From positions 41,046,001 to 41,110,000 of the forward strand of contig NW_024704742.1 of assembly GCF_018977255.1 (NCBI RefSeq): DNA of 64,000 bases. Direction: 5' to 3'. The DNA is from Callorhinchus milii. Lineage: Eukaryota. The notes beneath the pieces are model-generated. The model searched no databases, was not told the origin of the DNA, and worked only from the letters and a program-made list of their open reading frames with translations. Position numbers and translations under genes: made by a program. Below are positions 39,170-49,131 of this stretch, piece after piece (positions within the stretch are counted from its first letter, which is position 1; the number at the start of each line of letters is the position of its first letter).

Positions 39170-39440
39170 CGAATAATATCATGCAACCTTTATTGTTGAG
39201 GTGAATAGACATGTTTATCACCTCATCAAAACCCCCAGAATTTCAGCAATGCAACACTCCCCCAGTACTGCACTGGAGCATCAGCCTAAACTGGAGATCA
39301 AGACTCAACATGGGACTTGAACCCATAACCTTCTGACCAAGAGGCAAGTACCATCAACTATTTTCTTCAAGTACTTATCCTATTCAATTTTTAACAGTGT
39401 TAAAAACTATTTTGACCATTGACAACTAAGTCAAACTGAC
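39170..39440 (-). mobile_element. Older Deu-SINE 5' half carrying a ~65-bp insertion
   Basis: gcaacactcccccagtactgcactggagcatcagcc and gggacttgaacccataaccttctgac are the reverse of a SacSINE1-like head. Confidence 0.75.
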
Positions 39441-40244
39441 CGGAGTATACTTCTCCTTTTGTAGTAATCCTTTAAACAATTTCCATCACTCATTAAGAAA
39501 ACAACAACAATTTTCAGTTACATAGTTCTGCTCATGAAGAGAAGCGTTCCAGAGCGCTTGACAGTGGCGGAGCATAACACCGAACTGGTCGTGCAAACAG
39601 CAGTCCCAACACAAAATTCTCTTTATTCCCCCTGATTTATATTTTTTGAAAGACAGTGGAAAAATATTTCTGAAACAAATGCTCGTCAGATTTTGGTTTA
39701 TTATCTTTAGTATAAGTTATTTAAACTCCCAAGTATTTTTCTTTGTTTTCATTTTTCAGGTTAATTGATACATAATTGAATACATCCTGTTATATATGCA
39801 GTGGATCTTGATAAATCAGACAAGTTGCTTAAAGTATAACTGGCACATAGCTAGGGTTGCTATTTCAGTACAGATGAACTAAATTCAAACTTGGTAAATA
39901 CTTAGCTAAAATGCATCAGAAATATGCTTATATAAGAGTGAAATGTAAGTGGATTTAACTAAATTTAGAATCATGAAAGGTTTACAGCATTGGAAGAAGT
40001 CATTTGATCATTCATGAACATTTTTGTGATAGTTCGCCCATTGGAGTTAACTACTCTAATCCTATTCCCCTGCTCTTACCCAATACACTTTAAAATAATT
40101 TTCTTCAAGTACCAGTACTTATCGAATTCAATATTAAATAGTGTTAAGAACTATCTTGACCATGGAAAAAATATTGGGGATAAACTTACAGGCTACAAAC
40201 ATTTTTATCCGTCACTAAAATTTAGGGAAGCTAAGAATATAACA

Positions 40245-40500
40245 TAGACTTATTTAGTGCCTTTCATGTTGGAAAGACGTCTCAAAACGCTTGACTTTGT
40301 CAGCCAGACACCCAAGGTGGAGGTGGGAGCCGAGAGGGTTGAGTAGGGGAAGGACGATCGAAAGCATGATGAAAGAGGTATGTTTTGAGATTTGGATGAG
40401 GGGAAGGAGCAAGTCTGAGCGACTCAAGGATGGAGTTCCAGAGAGCAGGGGCACAATGACTGAAGCCTGCCTGCTAATGGGGACTGAAAAAGCGGGGGAG
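40245..40500 (-). mobile_element. L2 3' end
   Basis: L2 tail, and minus-strand ctctggaactcc (LWNS) motif. Confidence 0.75.
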
Positions 40501-41339
40501 ATGAAGCAGAATATTTTTCCATCTGTGCTTCTATCTGGTATGATCCCAGAAGTACCAGTTTATCATTTTTTAAAAAATCTGCCTTTCATCAAAACAGGGC
40601 TCAAATGTGTGGTTTGTGTAAACCATGTGTAAACTACGTGTAGAGAGGACATTACTGTTACTCTTAATATGGTAGTTTAGAACGAAGGTGATTCTATGAC
40701 TCATATTATGACTCATTTTATGAATCATTCCCACTGTTCTCCACTCGGATCAACCCACAAGATTCAAGCAGAGTACACAAATTGTGAGAACTTTATACTC
40801 TACAGCTCTGGGTTAATTTACTTGCATGTGGTGGTTGAACAAAGAAAGAAACCTCCCATTCTTTAAATGTTCAAAGTTTACATGCTAACCCTTTTTTCAT
40901 CCACCTACCTTTGTGGTCTGACCTCGTGCAAGCACGGACCTTGCTTTTATTAGGCCATTCATTGTGTCAATTGCTGCGCTTTCATTTTACAAACGAATCT
41001 AGGTCTATACCTGCAGCAGATGCAGAGAAGCCAAGTTCCTTTATGGAAAGGGTGACTTCCCCTCCATTCGATGATGGCCTGTTCAGTTGTAGGAAGCTAC
41101 TGAACTACAGTTAGCACATTCTAAATCAAATAGTACAACCTTCAGGATTTCTCAATTTAACGTTCATATTTAGTATAATGTTACCTGTTTCTTGTTATAA
41201 ATAGTTATTGTTAATAAAGTGCTGTTGCTGTGACATTTGACACATCCCCTAATAGTCAACGTGTTGGGGTAAAAACATCATTTATATACCAAAAACATAT
41301 TCCATCAAAATGAACTCAGTAAAGTGTTCATAGTTAATA

Positions 41340-41540
41340 ATAATTTATAATACTAATGATAAATAATAATTCACAACTCTTTGTGAGACACTGCTGTGCG
41401 TAATTGGCTGCCACGTTTCACCCACAAAATATACAGTCAATTCACTTTACGATGTATCCTATGAAGTGCTTTGAGACGCCTCAACAATGTGATAAGGCGC
41501 AATATCAAATGCAAGAATTATTATTATTTTTATTATTATT
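41340..41540 (+). mobile_element. SINE 3' half
   Basis: Core and (ATT)n tail. Confidence 0.88.
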
Positions 41541-42666
41541 ATTCTATAAAAAGTATTGATGGAGCAGGGGATTGGGTTTGAAGTGGATTGCTCCAGTGGA
41601 GGAGCTAGCACTTGCCAAACAGACACCTTTTGTGCTGTAATTTCTAATTCTATAATTAAGGGTAATTTGTATTATAATTTCTATGATTCTCTAATGAAGG
41701 GTTTATGCCATGGTTTACATAATATGCAAATTAAACCCCAGCAACTAGAGTTTGTGTGGAAGCCACACAAACTGAATGTGTCAAGACGAGCTCTGAGAGG
41801 ACCACTCACTACTTCCAATTCCTGACAACCAGCGAGAACTCTATCTGTTTGGGCATTGGCCAATGAATTTGTGAGCTCCTCAACACAACATAGGAATCCT
41901 CCCGAATCTATCACTTCTGATGAAGGAATCACAGCACTTTTGCAGAGTGCTCCTCCATCCACCCAAGAAAATATATGTGTGATTAGGGACAGTTGTAATG
42001 GTTCGGCACTTGCCAGAAGAAGGCCAACCCCATTTTCTTCATAACTGAAAAGATTATGGAAATGTCATGTCTACCAGCAATTGAGATCTCAGGCAATGCT
42101 TTGATGATCCCATGGTTAGTGTCTACCAACCTACAGATTCAAAAAGATTCAGAGATATCCAGAATAATAATTTTCTAAACTTGGTTAAATAGTTCTGAAA
42201 AGTCTGTGGTCGAAAATCTGTGATGTGTTGAACAGGAAACATACATTACATGTTGTCACTTTCCCTGCCTCATAAACCCCTCGCTGCCTATTCTCTTTTT
42301 ATTTGACACTTATAATCTGCAGTTACTGATACAACTAACAATCTGAATGACATGTAACTAACTGGTAGCTCTGTAAGACAATTCCACTAGATGTATTGCA
42401 CATGCAGAATAATCAAAAGCATGCAGCTCCATCAAGCTATGGTGCATCTATGAAAGGGGCTCTGAGATATTACCCCAAAACACAAAATCATGCCAAAATA
42501 TCGCCACAGAACTCAAAAACATATTGAGAATGACATCCCTTCCTCCCCTATAAAAGTGCTAACTTTCAACAATATCTTGGAGAAGGAGAAAGAGAAGCTT
42601 CAATGTGTCAGCTGACTGGATCACCATTCATTGGAAGCGTCTAATAGGGAACAAACTCAAGCATGT

Positions 42667-42812
42667 TGTGTAATCAATATTTTCAATTAAAAAAAATAAA
42701 CTTTCTACATGTATAATTTAGTTCATTAGGGCTCATCAAGGTAACGTGAAGGCAATGATCTTTGTTTCTACTCCAAACACAATAAGCAGTATACAGCACC
42801 TTATCAGGCCCT
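42667..42812. repeat. 146-bp local direct repeat, copy 1
   Basis: Near-identical to 44212-44357. Confidence 0.95.
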
Positions 42813-43899
42813 TTCAACAATGTACAGTTGCACTAAACTTAAGGCGCTACACTTAAATAATGAACCCTTTGCCAAATACATTTTGATTTATCTAAACGTG
42901 AATGCTTAAATGGTCAAATAGAAGCATCCGGCACAGCTTGATGGAGCTTTATGTTGTGAATTGATCGGTGTGTACAACACATGCGGTGGAATTCTCTTAC
43001 AGAGCCGTCAGTTACAAATCACTCAGATTGCCATTCACATCAGTAACTGCAGTATCAAACAAAAACAAGTTAATGATCACCTATGGTAAAAAGATTGTGA
43101 AATGCTTCACCGCATGGGGCACACTTGGAGTATTGACTGCAACACAACCTCAGCAAAGTAATAGATCCATATTTTTAGTTAAAATGCATTGAAATGAAGT
43201 TATAACTCAAGCTCCAATCTCCACAAAACATATTTCAACTGAGAATGTGATTTCCTCATGAGATTTTTTAAAATACTTTTTTGTCAAAATAGAGGCGACA
43301 TTACTCACTGATTTTCAACGTTTCAATATCATTCTGTTTTTATTCAGTGGAAGGTTCAACCTCTTCTTCACCCAGATAAAGTTATTTTCGAATGCTTTCA
43401 ACGTAAATGGATTATAGTTTGTGGTAACACCATAGAAAATGTAAGAGTTTTTTAAAATACTAATTAGATCATGGAATCAAAGATAAAATGAATGCACAAA
43501 TTCATTCTGAATTAAAGTAAATTCCTGGCGGTATTACTTACATGGTTGATAATATCAGCAACAATTCTTACGTTTTTTTGTTCAGGGCACTTAGTAATGT
43601 ACTGTGATCCATTAACCAATGTTTGTAAATTGTTTTAATATTTGATGACTGAAAGTGAGAAGCTGCTTCACTACACTTCAGGTATACATGGTCCAAATTG
43701 TGGCATTCCCCAATATATTCTGTTCCTTAATTGTGGAACATTGTTAACATGTTTTTTTTGGAACCATCCCCTTCCTCCCACATTCTCCTTGACTTCTGAA
43801 TAGTGGTAACACCTAAACCCAGTTGAAAACCCCTGAACACGATCATCTTGGATTTTGGCTTTGAGGCTACTGTTTCCAAGCTTATTTAAGGGAAATTGG

Positions 43900-44165
43900 T
43901 CAAATTCAATCTGCCGTTATTCAGCGAAGCCGCATCTGCCTTTTCTGCAACTGGATGCTAAAGATCCCATGATATCTGAGAAAGATAAAGGAGTTTCTCC
44001 CAGTGACCTGCCAACCATAATTTAGATAAACTGTTCATTGACTTCATGACTGTTTATGGGACCTTATTAGAGCAAATGTGACTACAAAACAATCACTGTG
44101 TTTGACCCAAATCACTGTGAAGCATTTTGTGTGGTTTTAATATAAGGTGCCATGAAAATGCAAGT
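43900..44165 (+). mobile_element. Older Deu-domain SINE, decayed
   Basis: ggatgctaaagatcccatg...ggagtttctcccagtg...actgtgaagcattttg...aaatgcaag. Confidence 0.65.
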
Positions 44166-44211
44166 ACTTTCTTAAAACTACAGTGTAATTATCTTAAATA
44201 TTTATGAGTAA

Positions 44212-44357
44212 TGTGTAATCAATATTTTCAATTAAAAAAGTTAACTTTCTACATGTATAATTTAGTTCATTAGGGCTCATCAAGATAACATGAAGGCAAT
44301 GCTCTTTGTTTCTACTTCAAACACAATAAGCAGTATACAGCACCTTTATCAGGCCCT
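44212..44357. repeat. 146-bp local direct repeat, copy 2
   Basis: Near-identical to 42667-42812. Confidence 0.95.
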
Positions 44358-44393
44358 ATGTGCAGCTATGTATATGTGTATGTGTAAATAAGT

Positions 44394-44705
44394 GGAGTCC
44401 TGTAGCTCAGTGGTAGAGTACTCGCCTCGCAAACGAGAGACCTGGTTTCGATTCCCAGCAGGGCGAAACATTGGGCAAGTTTCCTTACTCCACACACCTA
44501 ATAATAATCCCTCAAGAAAAAAAACAATAATAAATTGGTCACTTCAATCCACGACTGTTTGTGGGACACTGATGTGCGCAATTGGCTGCTGTGTTTCGCC
44601 CAAAAATATATAGTCAATTCACTTTACAGTATATTCTGTGAAGCGTTTTGAGACGTCTAGAAGACGTGAAAAGCGCTATATCAAATGCAAGGATTATTAT
44701 TATTA
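44394..44705 (+). mobile_element. tRNA-Ala SINE, short form, full length, with probable 8-bp TSD
   Basis: Complete element; taaataag at 44385-44392 and 44706-44713. Confidence 0.93.
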
Positions 44706-45351
44706 TAAATAAGGTTTCCTCTTAATCACACGGTGTTGTTAGTGTCCATTAATGTACAGTGTGAGCAGCCTTCTGTAAATTTCGTTAAAGGTTATTAAAG
44801 AGCAGACAGTATTAAATAAATAGAAAATATAAATATATATATGTGTATAAATAAACACATTGGCACTTGTATTTAAAAAAAGCATAGCAAGCTATTAACA
44901 CCAGGTCAGTGTTTATTGTGCCACTGCCAGGGAGACAGCAGGAAAAATTAATTAGTGCTTCATCTGCAGTTCCATATTAGTATCCTATTTTCACTTTGGT
45001 GACACTTGGGCATCAGTCTTGTGGCAAATGAAAAAGACACTTGGCGGAAGCATAGTCTTGCAGTTTTTATTCCAGTTCCATTTATAACCAGAAACTATAT
45101 CAAACTAAAACCACTGTGTAGATCCTTGTATTCCATAAGCATTGGGTGCAAAATGGTGAGGAGGGGACAAACTGTCCAGTCTAATATCTTGTGCAGTGAT
45201 TTACTCTCTTCAATTCTACACTCTGGTGCCAAAAAGCCCACCAGCTGCATGAAAGTGTGCCAGAAAGACATTGAGTCTCAGAAAGGCTGATTCTCATATT
45301 TTTCCACATGGAATAATTCTCTTCCAAAAATTGTACAAAGCTCCTTATATT

Positions 45352-45553
45352 GAGGGTCTATTAAGCACCATATGTAAACTATGCATAAACATGTGTGCCT
45401 TATGTACCATGTGTAATCTCCATTTATATAGTTAACAACCAGTGAGAAGGATTTTGATTTTAATTAAATTATTGATTGTGTTGGATTCATATGTTTTTAC
45501 AATTGATACATGATCCACACACAGTTACACATGGTTTATACATAATAAACCCC
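45352..45553. mobile_element. Palindromic MITE-like element (family M2)
   Basis: gggtctattaagcaccatatgtaaac ... gttacacatggtttatacataataaacccc. Confidence 0.55.
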
Positions 45554-45864
45554 ACTGTCACCGATAGGCTGATTCTAACATCAAAGAATAAATCAGACAC
45601 CAATCACAATAATAACCTTTGCATTTGATAATAATGCCTTTCACATTGGGAGGACGTCTCAAATTGCTTCTCAGGATTTACTGTAATATGTAGTGAATGC
45701 CTATATTGTAGGCGAATGCTTTGCTTTTGATCAGCAGGGAAACCCATGGCCATGCTTATGAGTATCCAAACCAAATATTCCATGCTTCTCACCTATACAT
45801 GGAAATTCCGGAGATATTTATAAGAATGGAACTCACAGATTCTCTCCCTGGAGGGACCATCCTG

Positions 45865-46105
45865 CTTATCTAATTCCAGAGAGTATTAGGTGCAGATTGC
45901 CAAGAGTCAAGGCTTGGAGACCCCAGCATGTGCGTTGGGAGTATGGCTACTGCTGCACATAGCATGCCATTGAGAACACTGTCTGGCAGACTTCCTTCTG
46001 CGTGCCTAGCTAGGATCCTGCTACCCATTAGGGTTTTGGCTTGCAGGCTTAACTGGAGCTGAGTGGGAAGAATCCCTGCTCCTAGTGACTGGTCTGCCAA
46101 TGAGC
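45865..46105 (-). repeat. Unclassified interspersed repeat, family B
   Basis: Reverse complement aligns with 51895-52100 and 13208-13349. Confidence 0.75.
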
Positions 46106-46217
46106 CAGTCTGGCTGGTCTATTATCAGTGGGGCCCTGGAGTACTATGGACCCGAATAGTTCAGGAAACAGACTTCCAAGATCATCACAGAGGAGTGACT
46201 CAATTCTACCATTATAT

Positions 46218-46374
46218 TGCCAATCTATGACTGTTTGTGGGACATTGCTGTGCGCAATTGGCTGCCGCGTTCGCCCACAAATATACAGTCAATTCACTTT
46301 ACAGTGTGTTCTGTGAAGCGCTTTGGGACGTCCTCCCGACGTGAAAAGCGCTATATCAAATGCAAGGATTATTA
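46218..46374 (+). mobile_element. SINE 3' half, young
   Basis: Core and tail nearly identical to the 48811 copy. Confidence 0.9.
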
Positions 46375-47609
46375 CAGATGTTCATTAGTGATTCAAAACA
46401 CCTTTGTGCATTATTCTTCAGCTAAAGTTATGCAGGTTTGCTGTTATACCATGCTAGACAATAGGACTTGCACAGATCCTAAGAATCAGCTTGATCGTTT
46501 AATAGATCATCATTGTGTAGATGTTGACCTGTAAAGAAAAAAACAGAATCTCTTGCATTCATGATACAAAATAGTTCTGAATATGTTTACAGGAAAATTG
46601 TCCAACAAACCAGAAACAAATATGATAAATGGTGCCTTAGCAATAATTTTCAGCCTGAAGGAAACTGAATAACATTATATCTTTGCAGACATTTGCTGCA
46701 AAACCAATTTCATTGGAAACAGATTGTCATTACAATGAGTTTCCTGATAGATGTCTATAAATTTCACAATCCAAACTGGATTAGCAGAGTTTGTCGCTGT
46801 AGCCACAGTCAAGTGGTCTGTTAATGTAAGCTACATAAAAGTGCACTGAGGTTAAAAATGCAGGAAAACTAAGCTGTAAATGTGGTAAGAGTGGTTTGAG
46901 ACATAAACTGCATCCTGTGTTGGGAGCCGCATTTACTTTGACTTGTATAAACTACTCTCCAACTTAAGATTGCCTTGGAGTCAATATTTTTGTGAATTGG
47001 TTTGATATACACAGAGCTCTCTGTGGGGGATGGATTTTACGTCTCAATGGCTATTTTCCGTTGCTTGTGCCATTTACCCTGCTGTTTTCCCACATGAATG
47101 TTTTTCAACCCCCTCTATCGAAGGTGTCTCCTAATTAGTTGCTCCAATGCCATTAAAAGGAGCACCATTAGTGGAACTGGTACTATGTCCATGACTTTAG
47201 AGGAACATGAAAAATATCCCTTAACCTGATTTCACAGCCTAAGGAATTTGATTCCCTCAGCTTACTCACTGGTACAGAACTTAGTTTAAGCACTCTCTTA
47301 ACACGTAGTTCCTCTCTTTCACAACACACTTTCAAATGGATTCCAAATAGAGTAGGGGTGAGGGGTTCAAAATAGTATCATTGATAAATTTAACTAATAT
47401 TTAGTAATGCATTTAAATTTCTGCAGTGATCAAAATAAACCTATATTTTACATGGAACTGCTTGGACTATAAAGCATTAAAACAAGCCATTCAAACCAAC
47501 TCGTCCGTACTGGTGTTTATATTCAACATGAACGTTGAACCCTCATCATACTTCTCTATTCCATTCTCTCTCTTGTATGACAATTTAAAAGGAAGAATTC
47601 CTTAATAAC

Positions 47610-47940
47610 CTGGTGGGTAAAGTCTTAAGAAGCACTAAGCCATACACACAAAGTCACAGGTTTAAATCCAATCACTTGGACGATCTTAACCTGGACAGAA
47701 GTTGGGAAGCTACAACCGGCCTCAGTGCTCCTGGGTTAGGAAGGCAAACCTCGGACAAAGTTTCTGCTGGAACGTTGGTGTTTGAAGGCAGGTGAGGGCA
47801 GAATCTGGCTAAACTACGTTCCCATCCATGATGAATAGCACACTCACACTAGGAGGATAGTCACTTGAGAAAAGTGCTACTTTGTTGATGTTGTGGAATT
47901 GTATTACATGGTCAGCGTTTCAGGAGAAGAAGAGAAAATT
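47610..47940 (+). mobile_element. Old SINE, family A
   Basis: caggtttaaatcc B-box-like motif; ggcctcagtgctcctggg...aatagcacactcacact...gtggaattgta. Confidence 0.5.
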
Positions 47941-48486
47941 GGGAAGGAGGAGACAAAAAGGGGAAATTGGTGAGAGGGGAGCAAAAAGAGGGGCATTCAT
48001 TTATTTTCCTTTAAACATGATCATTTGGGATACATCATGGAATAATGGATAAAGTGAAAATTTACAGTTTGTTATCATTTGGAAGTCCAGAATTGTTTTG
48101 CATAGAGCCTAGCATATGAAAACAAATTGCCTGACATTTAATTAAATTGAGACAACAGTGGCAATATAAAGCTTATACTGAAATAACTTCTGCCCAATAT
48201 GGCAACCAGTGGACAAACAAGAAAAAGCCCCCAACAAATATACAACCATGATGTATCTCAACCACTGTAACATTTCCATTTTCCACACTAATTCTTCAGT
48301 CCTTCCCAGAGTAAGGGTGCTGAATTACTAACTTTATAGGCTATTATTTGGGGGGCATATTTGTGTTCTGGATCACTGCCAATTACAAACAAGATGCAGA
48401 CAGCCCAGGTATTTATTTTGCTTGCAGCTCCTAACTATTTCTAGACTAAGGTTTCCCATTAAAATGCTGTTAGCGCCAGAAGTAAA

Positions 48487-48487
<1 letters not shown>

Positions 48488-48518
<31 letters not shown>

Positions 48519-48530
48519 GGGGGAGGAGGG
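48488..48530. repeat. (TG)n joined to a poly-G run
   Basis: Directly visible. Confidence 0.95.
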
Positions 48531-48810
48531 TTATAAAGTAATATTAATCTAGAAAACACACCTATTCTCCACATAGTTTCTTCCTTCCTTTCCCCAGACA
48601 ACACTCTCCCCACCCGAGCAGCATAGAATCCAATGGAGCAAAACAGCAACACCACTCCACCAAACTTAAATCAATCAACTCACTTATAGCTGTTGTTTAA
48701 AGAAAAAAACCTTTTTTTTAAAAGAAAACGATGAATATGTGACGAAGAGAATAGGAGAGGGGATGAAGAAAGGTGGACGTCTGTGTGGAGTATAAACAAT
48801 GGCCATGTGT

Positions 48811-49131
48811 GGAGTCCTGTAGCTCAGTGGTGAGAGCACTCGCTTTGCAAGCGAGAGACCCGAGTTCAATTCCAGGCAGGGCGAAACCTTGGGCAAGTTT
48901 CCTTACTCCACACACCTAATAATAATCCCTCCAAAACCAAAAACAATAATAAAAATTGGTCATTTTCAATCTACGACTGTTTGTGGGGCATTGCTGTGCG
49001 CAATTGGCTGCCGCGTTCGCCCACAAATATACAGTCAATTCACTTTACAGTATATTCTGTGAAGCGCTTTGGGACGTCCTCCACATGAAAAGCGCTATAT
49101 CAAATGCAAGGATTATTATTATTATTATTAT
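48811..49131 (+). mobile_element. tRNA-Ala SINE, short form, full length
   Basis: Complete head (anticodon-position TGC), core and long (ATT)n tail. Confidence 0.94.
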
